Assembly: GCA_013360215.1 (NCBI GenBank)
Contig: JABWCP010000001.1
Span: 277,144 to 341,143 of the forward strand
Source: a bacterium
GTDB taxonomy: Bacteria; CLD3; SB21
Direction of reading: 5' to 3'
Length of the DNA: 64,000 nucleotides
Below, piece by piece: positions 31,153-41,745 of this stretch (position 1 is the stretch's first letter; every line of letters begins with the position of its first letter). Under the pieces are notes generated by a model that saw only the letters and a program-made list of their open reading frames with translations, was not told the DNA's origin and searched no databases. Position numbers and translations under genes: made by a program.

Positions 31153-32475
31153 TTATTCAAACTTCATGTTAAGCCGTTCGTGCAACATCGTATCCAGGCG
31201 TTTACGCAGTGCCGTATGACGAATGCGCGACACGATATCTTCAGCAAACGCCAAAGTCATGATGCTGCGCGCTTCGTCGTATCCGATACCGCGTGAGCGA
31301 AGATAAAACATCCCTTTTTCTTCCAGTCTCCCGATCGTCGCGCCGTGCGTACACTTCACATCGTCGGCAAATATCTCAAGCTGCGGTTTGGTATTGATCG
31401 TCGCGTCTTTGGATAAGAGCAAATTATTATTCGATTGTTTAGCATCCGTTTTTTGCGCATCGGGATGAACAAATATTTTGCCGTTGAAAACTGCCGTCGC
31501 ATGGTCATCCATAATGCCTTTGTACAATTCGTGGCTGTTACAGTGCGGCTTGGCATGATGAATGATGGTGCGGTTATCGGTATGCTGACGACCTTTGGGC
31601 ATGTATAATCCGTTAAGCGTAGATTCGATGCCTTCGCCATCCAAATGCGCGATCGTCAGATTGCGGGACAACGCCGCACCGAACGTAATATTGGTCGTCA
31701 TAAAATTACTGCTGCGCGCTTGCCGCAGGCGTGTCAGGCTGATATGGTATCCTTTGACGGATTCATTTTGAATGCGTGCATGATCCACTACGGCATTTTC
31801 GGCTACGATGATTTCAGTCCGTGCATTAGTGAGAAACGGCTTTTCTCCGACGGTTTTGTAATCTTCGATCACCGTACATTGGGCGTTTTTTTCCACGCGT
31901 ATGAGCGTCAATGGTTGCGTCATCGGAGCCGATTCTTCGGCAACGGTGAAGTATTGGATATGAACCGGTTTACCGATCACTGCACCACCGGCCACATCTA
32001 TCACCACACCATCGGATACCAGTGCCATGTGCATGGTATTAAACACCGATTCATCCGTTTCCGTTGCCAGCGCACGCAAAATGCCGGCCTTTTCTTCATC
32101 GCTGCATTGCGACAGCAATCGAATTTGTAAACCTTTTTCCGGTGCGTTTATCGTCGAACGCTTGGCATCGTAATATCCATTCACAAAAACAACCGTGTAC
32201 GCCTCTGTATCCAGCGTCAAGTCATCCCGTATGTCGAGCGCATGCGACGCACTATCCGCCGGTGAAGCGAGGTGCAGTCCGTGGGTAAAGAGGGATTCTA
32301 GATTCGTATATTTCCATTCTTCATGACGCATCGTGGGAAATTCCGACGCCTGAAAGCGTGCCATCGCATCGCGTCGCAGTGCATGGGTAACGCCGGATTT
32401 TTGCCCGTTTAGTGCGGATTCAAAACGTGCAAACTGATTTTGAAACCAGTTCTTAGCTTCGGTTTGGTTGATCAT
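31153..32475 (-). CDS. sufD: Fe-S cluster assembly protein SufD
   Basis: EEWKYT, FNGKIFV, PQLEIFADDVKCTHGATIG, FYLRSRGI. Confidence 0.95.
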   Translation of the reverse strand: MINQTEAKNWFQNQFARFESALNGQKSGVTHALRRDAMARFQASEFPTMRHEEWKYTNLESLFTHGLHLASPADSASHALDIRDDLTLDTEAYTVVFVNGYYDAKRSTINAPEKGLQIRLLSQCSDEEKAGILRALATETDESVFNTMHMALVSDGVVIDVAGGAVIGKPVHIQYFTVAEESAPMTQPLTLIRVEKNAQCTVIEDYKTVGEKPFLTNARTEIIVAENAVVDHARIQNESVKGYHISLTRLRQARSSNFMTTNITFGAALSRNLTIAHLDGEGIESTLNGLYMPKGRQHTDNRTIIHHAKPHCNSHELYKGIMDDHATAVFNGKIFVHPDAQKTDAKQSNNNLLLSKDATINTKPQLEIFADDVKCTHGATIGRLEEKGMFYLRSRGIGYDEARSIMTLAFAEDIVSRIRHTALRKRLDTMLHERLNMKFE

Positions 32476-33233
32476 CAGGCTACCACTCCGTCATGTTCTT
32501 TGATCCAGTCATAACCGCGATCTTCGAGGGTGAGCGCCAGCTCTTTGCCACCGGACTTGACGATACGTCCATCCATCAGCACATGCACAAAATCCGGCAC
32601 GATGTAGTTTAGCAAACGCTGATAGTGCGTCACGACGATGGTCGCATTATCACCGGAGCGAAATTTATTCACGCCGTTTGAAACGATTTTGAGTGCGTCA
32701 ATGTCGAGACCTGAATCGGTTTCATCCAGAATCGCTAATTTCGGATTGAGTACGGCGAGTTGAAATATCTCATTACGTTTTTTCTCACCGCCGGAAAAAC
32801 CTTCATTCACGGGGCGCTTGAGCAGGTCTTCATCCATTTCGACAAGCTTCATTTTTTGTTTTACAAGACTCAAAAAATCCATCGCGTCCAAAGGCTCTTC
32901 GCCGCGGTATTTGCGAATGGCATTGAGCGCCGCTTTGAGGAAATACGTATTATTGACGCCGGGAATTTCAACCGGATACTGAAACGCGAGAAATACACCT
33001 TCTGCCGCGCGATCTTCGGGATCAAGTTCCGTGAGGCTTTTTCCGTTAAAAATGATCTCGCCTTGCGTGATTTCGTAATCCTCTTTACCGGCTAAAATGT
33101 GAGCCAAAGTGCTTTTGCCGGAACCGTTGGGTCCCATGATCGCATGCACTTCGCCCGCTTTGACGGAAAGATTGATTCCTTTGAGAATCGGGTTACCGTC
33201 AATGGTTGCGTGTAGATTTTTGATTTCGAGCAT
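32475..33233 (-). CDS. sufC: Fe-S cluster assembly ATPase SufC
   Basis: MGPNGSGKST, FQYPVEIPGV, NEGFSGGEKKRNE, LDETDSGLDIDAL. Confidence 0.97.
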   Translation of the reverse strand: MLEIKNLHATIDGNPILKGINLSVKAGEVHAIMGPNGSGKSTLAHILAGKEDYEITQGEIIFNGKSLTELDPEDRAAEGVFLAFQYPVEIPGVNNTYFLKAALNAIRKYRGEEPLDAMDFLSLVKQKMKLVEMDEDLLKRPVNEGFSGGEKKRNEIFQLAVLNPKLAILDETDSGLDIDALKIVSNGVNKFRSGDNATIVVTHYQRLLNYIVPDFVHVLMDGRIVKSGGKELALTLEDRGYDWIKEHDGVVA

Positions 33234-33272
33234 GTCTTCTTTTCTCTGCTATAAATGATTATATGAATAAAT

Positions 33273-34310
33273 CTAAATACTTTGTTGCCAAAGGATGTTT
33301 CCGTTTTCCGTATCCAGCGCAACGGCAAAGCGGTATGTAAAAAAATAAAGTTTACCGTCTTCGACCAGATACGAACCCGGGTTTTCGCTGAAAAAAAACC
33401 GATCGTCTTTGATCTCAGGATGGATCTGATCGGCTGTTACGGTCCATTTTTTTTGTCCGTCCGCACGCACAGCAAATAATACAAAGCCGTTTTCGGAAGC
33501 GCGTTTTTTGAGCGCACGTACGACTCCGGTTGAGGACGAATCAATCGTAAAATCGGCATACTCCGTAAACAGAGCAGGTCGTTTTTCATCGGTCCACGTC
33601 GTTTGTTTTTTATCGCGGGGATGTGTTTCGCCCGTGAGCACATCATAATAAAGCCCGGCCCCATCGGACAGGGTGAGTTCAAAATAAGGTATGGCTTCGT
33701 CCCACCCGGAGCCTGACATATCGGGCTTGAGCATCCATGAACGGTCGTATGTGATCTTATCTATGCGGTTTGCCAACTCCGGCATATCGGAACGCAGCTC
33801 ACTCGATATAAAAAAACGATCAAATCGGGATACACGGGTATCAAAAATTGCGTACGATTTAGTGGCGATGGTCGGCACTAAAAATGCGCGCCGTTCGGCA
33901 TAATGCGCCACCTGATAATCCTCAATGCGCTGCAGAATATTTCCGCTTTTTTTATCAAACACGAAGATTTTCTGCGCTTGTGTTGTCGTAGATGGGTCTT
34001 CACGAAATCCGGACGCGCTGCCGCGGCTGCTCCGGTATCCGGTATTGGTAAGTACGCCTTCTACCATCAACACATCATCCGCCGATATGATGCGCGTCAC
34101 TTCACCCATACGCGAGAGCTGATGGTCATAATACACAAAAAAAATCGTATGTATCAGTAATGCCATCGCAGAAAAAGTAATCCAGCGGTTGCGTTTCGTC
34201 ACGATCTTAAAAAGCTTGACGATCATAAGTGTAAACACGACGATGCCGGGTAATACCAAAAAGAGATAACCCAAAAACCAGTCAAAGTATATGTTGAAAA
34301 AATCGCTCAT
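33273..34310 (-). CDS. hypothetical membrane-anchored protein with PQQ-type beta-propeller-like repeats
   Basis: Two N-terminal TM helices; FDKKSGNIL, AVRADGQKKW and VALDTENGNILWQ blades; ATG at 34310 just after the sufB stop. Confidence 0.65.
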   Translation of the reverse strand: MSDFFNIYFDWFLGYLFLVLPGIVVFTLMIVKLFKIVTKRNRWITFSAMALLIHTIFFVYYDHQLSRMGEVTRIISADDVLMVEGVLTNTGYRSSRGSASGFREDPSTTTQAQKIFVFDKKSGNILQRIEDYQVAHYAERRAFLVPTIATKSYAIFDTRVSRFDRFFISSELRSDMPELANRIDKITYDRSWMLKPDMSGSGWDEAIPYFELTLSDGAGLYYDVLTGETHPRDKKQTTWTDEKRPALFTEYADFTIDSSSTGVVRALKKRASENGFVLFAVRADGQKKWTVTADQIHPEIKDDRFFFSENPGSYLVEDGKLYFFTYRFAVALDTENGNILWQQSI

Positions 34311-34312
34311 CC

Positions 34313-35761
34313 TCAACCTACGCTGCCTTCGAGGCTTACGCCGAGCAGTTTCTGCGCTTCGACGGCAAACTCCATCGGCAGTTCTTTGAAAACTTCTTTA
34401 CAAAATCCGTTGACGATCATAGACACGGCGTCTTCGGTAGAAATACCGCGCTGATTGCAGTAAAAAATCTGGTCTTCGCCGATCTTCGACGTGGATGCTT
34501 CATGTTCTACCTGAGCGGTATTGTTCTTCACTTCGATATACGGGAAAGTATGCGCGCCGCACTGATCACCGAGCAGCATCGAATCGCATTGGGAAAAATT
34601 ACGCGCATTCTCCGCGTTTTTGCCCACGCGCACCAAGCCGCGATAGGTATTTTGGCCATGGCCTGCGGAGATACCTTTGGAAACGATCGTGCTGCGCGTA
34701 TTTTTGCCGAGGTGAATCATCTTCGTACCGGTATCGGCTTGCTGACGTTTGGCCGTGAGCGCGACGGAATAAAATTCTCCGACCGAATTATCACCTTTCA
34801 AAATGCAACTCGGATATTTCCATGTGATGGCGGAGCCGGTTTCAACCTGCGTCCAGGAGATTTTAGAATTGTCACCCGCGCACAAACCGCGTTTCGTCAC
34901 AAAATTATAAATCCCGCCTTTACCGTCCTTGTCGCCCGGGTACCAATTTTGTATCGTTGAATATTTGACCTGTGCATTGGTATGCGCATAGATTTCGACG
35001 ACGGCGGCATGCAATTGGTTTTCATCGCGCATCGGTGCGGTACATCCTTCGAGATAACTGACGTAGCTGCCCTCGTCCGCCACGATGAGCGTGCGTTCAA
35101 ACTGGCCCGTACTGGCGGCGTTGATGCGGAAATACGTCGAAAGTTCCATCGGGCACCGTACGCCTTTGGGGATATAACAAAACGAACCGTCGGTAAATAC
35201 CGCGGAATTGAGCGCAGAGTAAAAATTATCCGTCGGCGGTACGACCGAACCGATGTATTGCTTGATCAATTCGGGATGTTCTTGCACAGCTTCAGAGAAT
35301 GAACAAAAAATGATACCGAGTTCTTTGAGTTTGGTTTTGAATGTCGTCGCGACGGATACGCTGTCAAATACGGCATCCACAGCCACTCCCGCGAGGGCAA
35401 GGCGTTCATTGAGCGGAATGCCGAGCTTCTCGTACGTTTTCAGCAATTCCGGATCCACTTCGTCAGCACTTTTTTTCTTTTGTTTCGGCGCGCTATAGTA
35501 GATGATATCCTGATAGTCCACTTTGGCGACATGCACATTTTGCCATGTAGGCTCGCCTTCTTCGCACATTTTGAGCCATTGTTTGTACGCTTTGAGTCGC
35601 CACTCCAAAAGCCATTCCGGTTCATTTTTCTTTTTGGAAATGAAGCGTATAATGTCTTCGTTAAGCCCTTTGGGGGCGGCATCGGCTTCGATATCCGTTA
35701 CAAAGCCGTACTTGTATTCGCGGTCAGCCAGTTGTTGCAGTTCACTGGTTTCGGTATTCAT
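34313..35761 (-). CDS. sufB: Fe-S cluster assembly protein SufB
   Basis: [38 protein letters not shown]-terminal LEGSVG; ATG at 35761 behind AGGAG. Confidence 0.97.
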   Translation of the reverse strand: MNTETSELQQLADREYKYGFVTDIEADAAPKGLNEDIIRFISKKKNEPEWLLEWRLKAYKQWLKMCEEGEPTWQNVHVAKVDYQDIIYYSAPKQKKKSADEVDPELLKTYEKLGIPLNERLALAGVAVDAVFDSVSVATTFKTKLKELGIIFCSFSEAVQEHPELIKQYIGSVVPPTDNFYSALNSAVFTDGSFCYIPKGVRCPMELSTYFRINAASTGQFERTLIVADEGSYVSYLEGCTAPMRDENQLHAAVVEIYAHTNAQVKYSTIQNWYPGDKDGKGGIYNFVTKRGLCAGDNSKISWTQVETGSAITWKYPSCILKGDNSVGEFYSVALTAKRQQADTGTKMIHLGKNTRSTIVSKGISAGHGQNTYRGLVRVGKNAENARNFSQCDSMLLGDQCGAHTFPYIEVKNNTAQVEHEASTSKIGEDQIFYCNQRGISTEDAVSMIVNGFCKEVFKELPMEFAVEAQKLLGVSLEGSVG

Positions 35762-35792
35762 AAAACTCCTATTGTTGACTCTAACACGCGAA

Positions 35793-35853
35793 AGATTAAA
35801 CAATCTGTACTATACTGTCAAGTATAAATTGATTTTTTTGTCAAGTATAAATT
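35793..35853 (-). promoter_or_regulatory. suf promoter with tandem 15-bp repeat, candidate Rrf2 operator
   Basis: Minus strand TTGACA (35821-35816), 17 nt, TAATCT (35798-35793); TGTCAAGTATAAATT at 35816 and 35839. Confidence 0.7.
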
Positions 35854-36285
35854 TTCATGCAATTCTTGCAAATCTTGATCTGTATCTTAGAAAGGTAAGG
35901 TAAAGAAGTTCAAGCGGTTGGATCATATTTCGCAAGGTCTCTGCAATGCGAGCTTTCTAAAGACCTTGTTGATAGAGACTCATTCGACCATGAGATGACC
36001 TGCATAGGTCATTTCCGGTTACGCTATAGCCAGCCTGTTTTTTGATTAGCCGCCACGTTTCGCTATGAATACAACGGGGCAAAAAAAATAGCGCGCTGTA
36101 GATTATACAAGTTACACTAATGACCAAAAGAATATTAAGCTTGATTCTGAGTAAATTTCTCGGAAAAAGCATCTATTGAAATGATGGAACGCAGTTACCG
36201 AAAATGATATAATTCGGCAACGCGTGCGATCCGCACCACGTTACACTATTGCCTGGAATATCTGCTAATAAGAATACTCATTCTT

Positions 36286-36318
36286 ATAATGCTTCCGTAA
36301 TCAAGACGTAACACATAT
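36286..36318 (+). promoter_or_regulatory. Pho-box-like 11-bp-period direct repeats
   Basis: ATAATGCTTCC GTAATCAAGAC GTAACACATAT upstream of the chemoreceptor. Confidence 0.5.
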
Positions 36319-36358
36319 AAAGCATTATTACGGCAAGACTAATTTAGAGAAAACCGGA

Positions 36359-38464
36359 TTGTTACATTTTATAAATAACCTCTCTCTACGAAAAAAATTT
36401 ATTGCAGTCAGTTTATGCTTTGTCACCCCGATGATCATCATGTTGGGATTCATCATCTGGGAAAAAATAGAATCCGTCCAATTGACCAATCTTAAGCTCT
36501 ACGGGCTGAACCACCTGCATGTTGTCCTGAAGTTTCAGTCATCCATGCATCGTTACACGCTTTTGCGAATTGAACATGGAACGACAACTTCAGAGGGTTC
36601 TGAGGAACTTCAGGATATCCTCGAAACCGACAAAGAAAGGCGCTTTCAATCCTCTGCTGAAACCTCATACCAAACATTGGCTGAACGATGGAAAGAGTAT
36701 TCGTCACTAGACCCTACCACGTCAGCGGATGCGGTGCATAATTACCATACCTATCTTGCGGAACAATCGTTTCTGCCATACCTCAACGAAATCGGTGCGA
36801 TAGCGCAACTTTCATCGGATGCGGAGGCCGATATTCAGATGGCCGCAACGAATCTCATGCAGCATCTTCCGAACCTAATGTACAGCATCACGGATGCCTG
36901 TTTATTGGAACAGCGGCGATCCGGAAAACCACTCTCAGCCGATATTCAGAAAATCGGCCTTCTATGCGGACGTTTGCGCGACAATATGGCTAAAGTCGAA
37001 CGGGATGCTGAAAAAATCGCATCAACCAATGAATTAATAAATCAGGATCCGCTGCTTGCCCGTGTCAAGGAGCTGCGTTCCATGATCAGTGATATGGTTG
37101 AAATTTTAGAAAGCCAGTTGAATCCGGCCGAAAACCGCGAAGCGAACCCTGCAGAATTTGCACTCCTTTCTCGTCGGACCTTGGCAACGGCATCGGTTTA
37201 TGAAGACGTTGTGTATCGATACCTCCAAGATACGCTTGCCCGCCGCGCGGATGAATTGAATATGAGCGCATGGGTCATCACTATCGTCGCTCTGGCATCG
37301 ACGCTTATCCCGGTATTTCTTGGGCTTTATTTGTTTGGTTCTGTATCAAATCCCATTCGGATGATGGCCGGGATCATGGAGCATGCTGTTCTAGATACAC
37401 GCATCAGACTTTCCCGCAAGGACGAAATCGGACGAATGGCAACAGCTTTTGACCGGTTCCTTGATACGACCAAGGCCGCACTCAAAGAAGCCGCGCAAAG
37501 TTCTCACCAAGCCGTGATCATCGCGCAAAAAATGACGGAGAGTTCCCGCACGATTGCGGATGAATCCTTATTACAGAACAAACAAAGTTCGGCCTCTTCC
37601 GCCAGTATGGATTATCTGCAGACCACCGTACATCTTATTGCTGAAAACGCACTTAATGCGCGGCATTTAATCACGGACGTCGAGCGTCGCGTTTCGATCG
37701 GACAACAGACTATCAATCATTCTATCGAAGGAATCAGGCATCGAGCCGACATCATTTCTGTATCCTCTAAAAAAATCGAAGATCTTCATATTGCCAGCCG
37801 CAATATCGGCAAAGCGCTACATCTTATACGTATCATAGCCAAACAACTTAACTTGCTGGGTATCAATGCGTCTATCGAGGCGTCAAAAGCCGGCAAACAC
37901 GGCAAGGGATTTGATGTCGTTGCTGAAGAAATAAGAGCTTTGGCCCTGCGCGCCGATAAGACGACCCACGACATTGATGAAATTGTAAAATCCATACAAA
38001 TCAACGTAAACGAATCGGTAGACCTTATTCACGGCGTACAAAGTGAGGCGGCCGCGAGCACCGGACAGATGGATGAATTGCAAAAGAGTCTGGGCAATAT
38101 CGCGACGGAATTTCTCGCTGTCACCGATCACGTACACAAAATCGTGGACGCAACATCGCGCCATGCGGCTGCGGCCAACGAAGTCGAAGAACGTATCCGC
38201 ATGATAGACCACTCATCCAAACGGATTTTGCAAGGTACCCAAGAAATCAATAGCTCCACGGATTACTTTTTGCAAGTTACGCGCGGATTGCAAGAAATGC
38301 TCATGCCTTTTAAAATGAATGAAACGGAGGAATCTCAAAAAACGACGCCACAACCGTCAAATCACAGCCATTCAAATCCCACTGCCCTATCTACGAAAAA
38401 CGATCCGCCGCATCAAAATGCATTTGACTTAAAGACCAACGACCTCATCTCCAATGTAAATTAA
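36359..38464 (+). CDS. methyl-accepting chemotaxis protein
   Basis: Two TM helices around a helical periplasmic domain; HAMP (DEIGRMA-AF); signalling tip [31 protein letters not shown]. Confidence 0.9.
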   Translation: [701 protein letters not shown]

Positions 38465-38801
38465 AAAGCGTGCAATTGCCGCGACATCGTTCCTATGATC
38501 ACTTGACGAACGTGCCGTACGGTGTTACCGCGCCCCCAATTATTTCCTTCTGATACACCTCCATTTCGCCGAGACTTGCCGACAAAAAATTACCATTCCC
38601 TTTTTTCAAAAAACCGAAACAGCGCCAAGGCGGCGGCGATATTGCTTCGCTTACGTCAAAAATGACGAAGGGCATATTCAATACGCGCGTATGAACAGAT
38701 ACAATGAACCTAATTGCTGTTTCGAAGTACCTGCGTGAATCACGGCGGGTACGATGACTCGGTTCGATTTTGATCATAAAGTAAAATCTTTGGACACAAT
38801 G

Positions 38802-38844
38802 CTAATAAATCCGAAATAATGATTTAACATTTGCCTCCTATCAT
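38802..38844 (+). promoter_or_regulatory. Pho-box-like repeats with -10 candidate
   Basis: CTAATAAATCC GAAATAATGAT TTAACATTTGC, then TATCAT at 38839-38844. Confidence 0.4.
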
Positions 38845-38901
38845 TACATCCAGTCGGGGCCAATTGGCTACTGATATTGATCACATTAAAACCTGCGAGT
38901 C

Positions 38902-39987
38902 ATGTTGCATAGAAAAAAAATCTTATTTATCGGAGGTTCTTACAATCAATCGACGATGATGTTCGCAATCTCCCAATATCTTAAGCACTACGAATGTTAT
39001 TTTACCCCTCACTATTGCGATGGTGTACTTGATCTTTTTGCTAAAGCGGGTATGCTTGATTTTACGCCGATCGGTGGGATTCATAAGAAAGTAACAGAAG
39101 AGTTTTTTAGTCGGATGGGAGTAGCGGTTGATTACAAAGGCCTTCTCTACGACTATGATCTAGTAGTGACATGTTCCGATTTGATCATACAAAAGAATAT
39201 CCGCACTAAAAAAATCGTATTGGTCCAGGAAGGCATGACCGACCCTGAGAATCTCATGTATCATCTTGTTCGTACCTTACGGCTTCCCCGATTTCTGGCC
39301 AGTACTTCGACCAATGGTTTGTCCGATTCTTACGAAATGTTCTGCGTCGCCTCGCAGGGGTACAAAGATTTTTTTGTACGAAAAGGAGTGCGTCCTGAAA
39401 AAATAGCGGTAACCGGCATACCAAACTACGATGATCTCGCGCGCCACACAGAAAACAACTTTCCGCATCATCACTTTGTTTTGGTGGCGACCTCGGACGC
39501 TCGGGAAACCTATAAACTGGATAACCGAAAAAAATTCATCCGCAAATGCGTCGCGATCGCAGCCGGACGGCCATTGATATTCAAATTGCACCCCAATGAA
39601 AATTTTGCCCGTGCGAAGCGCGAAATCGAAACTTACGCGCCCGGTTCCAAGGTTTATACGGACGGGGATACGATGGCGATGATTGCAAACTGCGACGTAT
39701 TGATTACCCAATATTCGACCGTGGTTTATGCCGGGATTGTATTCGGAAAGGAAGTGCATTCATATTTTGATCACGACACATTACATCAGATGGCGCCGAT
39801 GCAAAACGGCGGCGACTCCGCACGCCGTATCGCATTGATCTGCGAATCGGTTCTTCATCGTTCTCCAAAATCAAACGGCAAAACCCGCTATCCTGCTTTG
39901 CTTAGTTCGGGACGCTCCGTCTACGCCAAAGCGGTAAAGCGGTTAGCCTCGATCATGAATAAAACATTGATATCATGCACATCGTAA
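38902..39987 (+). CDS. GT-B-fold protein, candidate CMP-ulosonate (sialyl/Kdo-like) transferase
   Basis: VQEG, VTGIPNYD, FKLHP and QYSTVV motifs; heads the NeuB operon. Confidence 0.55.
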   Translation: MLHRKKILFIGGSYNQSTMMFAISQYLKHYECYFTPHYCDGVLDLFAKAGMLDFTPIGGIHKKVTEEFFSRMGVAVDYKGLLYDYDLVVTCSDLIIQKNIRTKKIVLVQEGMTDPENLMYHLVRTLRLPRFLASTSTNGLSDSYEMFCVASQGYKDFFVRKGVRPEKIAVTGIPNYDDLARHTENNFPHHHFVLVATSDARETYKLDNRKKFIRKCVAIAAGRPLIFKLHPNENFARAKREIETYAPGSKVYTDGDTMAMIANCDVLITQYSTVVYAGIVFGKEVHSYFDHDTLHQMAPMQNGGDSARRIALICESVLHRSPKSNGKTRYPALLSSGRSVYAKAVKRLASIMNKTLISCTS

Positions 39988-40781
39988 CGATTGTTCAAGC
40001 CCGGTTATCCTCGACGCGATTACCAGGCAAAGTTCTGCTCCATGCCGCCGGCCAGCCTCTTCTAGGTCATATTGTTCGTCGTATCCAATCTAGTCGATAT
40101 GCCGGCACAGTCATCGTCGCTACTACCAGCAATGAGTCCGACGATCCGATAGAATTCTTTTGCCAAAAAGAAGGAATTCAATGTTTCCGCGGACATCCGA
40201 CCGATCTTTTAGACCGACATCTGATGGCTGCGCGCCTATATCGTGCGCAAGCCGTTGTCAAAATTCCCTCCGACTGCCCGCTGATTGATCCGGCGATCAT
40301 TGATCGCGTTATTGAATACTATCTTGCACACTCCGATCAATACGACTACGTGAGTAATTTGCATCCGGCGACATACCCGGATGGCAATGACGTCGAAATC
40401 ATGAACATTGCCGCTTTGACCACGGCATGGAAAGAGGCGCACCGTCCCATGGAACGCGAACACACGACTCCGTTTTTTTGGGAGAATCGCGAGCGATTTC
40501 GGATCGGTAATGTGGCTTGGGAATCGGGGTTAGATTATTCCATGTCGCACCGTTGGACATTGGACTATGCGGAGGACTACGAATTAATTTGCCGGATATA
40601 CGACGCCTTATATAAAGAAGACGAGGTGCCTTTTACTATCGCACAAATTCTGACTTTGCTTGAAACCCGACCAGAATTGGCCACAATCAATCAACGCTAT
40701 TTGGGCGTGAACTGGTATCGTCATCATTTGGATGAATTGAAAACAGTCACTTCCAAAAGCACCAATCCAACTTTTCTATAG
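39975..40781 (+). CDS. SpsF-like cytidylyltransferase (CTP_transf_3)
   Basis: IVQARLSSTRLPGKVL, SDCPLIDP, REHTT, RWTLDYAEDY. Confidence 0.85.
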   Translation: MHIVTIVQARLSSTRLPGKVLLHAAGQPLLGHIVRRIQSSRYAGTVIVATTSNESDDPIEFFCQKEGIQCFRGHPTDLLDRHLMAARLYRAQAVVKIPSDCPLIDPAIIDRVIEYYLAHSDQYDYVSNLHPATYPDGNDVEIMNIAALTTAWKEAHRPMEREHTTPFFWENRERFRIGNVAWESGLDYSMSHRWTLDYAEDYELICRIYDALYKEDEVPFTIAQILTLLETRPELATINQRYLGVNWYRHHLDELKTVTSKSTNPTFL

Positions 40782-40789
40782 GAATCGTT

Positions 40790-41647
40790 ATGCGCCGACT
40801 CGCACTGGACGAACTGCCCATCATCGCACAAAATGTGCGCGAACACATATTGCGTATGTCCACCGACGGCGGATGTTTTACCGGCGCTTCCTTGTCGTGT
40901 ACCGATCTGATCGTCTACTTGTATACACGCTTTTTAAATGTCTCTATTGATAATCTCTTTGATCCGGATCGCGATTATTTTTTTCTATCCAAGGGTCACG
41001 ATGTCCCTGCTCTCTATGGGACGCTGGCAGAACTTGGATTTATCGCACGCGCTCGTCTTAGCAATCACTTGTCGAGTCATGACACAATATACTGGCATCC
41101 CAACCGAAACATCCCCGGCATCGAATTTCACAGCGGATCGTTAGGGCACCTGATTTCCGTCGCGGCTGGAGTTGCATTGGATTGCAAGCTTCATTCGTCA
41201 CCATCACGAATCGTCGTGGCGTTAGGCGACGGTGAACTTAACGAAGGATCGGTTTGGGAAGCGTGCTTGGTGGCTCAGGCCTACCGTCTTGATAATTTGA
41301 TCTTGTTGGTAGATCGCAATGCATTTCAGGCCAACGTGCGCACTGAATCTTTAATTCCGCTAGAACCTCTCGAAGACAAATTTTCAGCGTTCAATTTTTC
41401 CGTAACCTCTATTGACGGCCATGATTTTGAGGCCATGGAGGAAACCTTTGCCCGTATTCCGATGGCAGATGGTAAACCAACCGCCATCATTGCACATACC
41501 GTTCGCGGCAAGGGCGTCCCCAGCATCGAAGCGAGAGCGGATCGTTGGTTTTGCAATTTTTCTCATGACGAGGTACAGCAGTTGATCAATGAACTTCATA
41601 CCAACCAATCGGCGGAACTAACTAGTGACACCTTATTGGTCCGGTAA
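40790..41647 (+). CDS. transketolase-like protein, N-terminal (ThDP-binding) subunit
   Basis: DRD-F-LSKGH, GSLGH, GDGELNEGSVWEA...DRN, DGHD, TVRGKGV. Confidence 0.9.
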   Translation: MRRLALDELPIIAQNVREHILRMSTDGGCFTGASLSCTDLIVYLYTRFLNVSIDNLFDPDRDYFFLSKGHDVPALYGTLAELGFIARARLSNHLSSHDTIYWHPNRNIPGIEFHSGSLGHLISVAAGVALDCKLHSSPSRIVVALGDGELNEGSVWEACLVAQAYRLDNLILLVDRNAFQANVRTESLIPLEPLEDKFSAFNFSVTSIDGHDFEAMEETFARIPMADGKPTAIIAHTVRGKGVPSIEARADRWFCNFSHDEVQQLINELHTNQSAELTSDTLLVR

Positions 41648-41745
41648 CAATTACGTTGATTAGATAACATTTCTGCTTTCTCCATAAAGAAACTTCTACA
41701 TCGGCATAATCTTAGCGCTACAATTGAAGGTTATCTTTACACATC

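Noticed and set aside
35957-36172. 71-aa minus-strand ORF in the suf-MCP intergenic region
   Set aside because: No recognisable motif or RBS; likely spurious
36161-36203. Possible c-di-GMP-I riboswitch upstream of the MCP (GGAAAA...GAAA...ACGCA...GTTACCGA)
   Set aside because: Only fragmentary similarity and no room for the second stem; would need an Infernal hit
38499-38777. 92-aa minus-strand ORF with RxxxR and DxS, resembling PilZ
   Set aside because: Lacks DxSxxG and a convincing RBS or fold pattern; cannot be told apart from a spurious ORF
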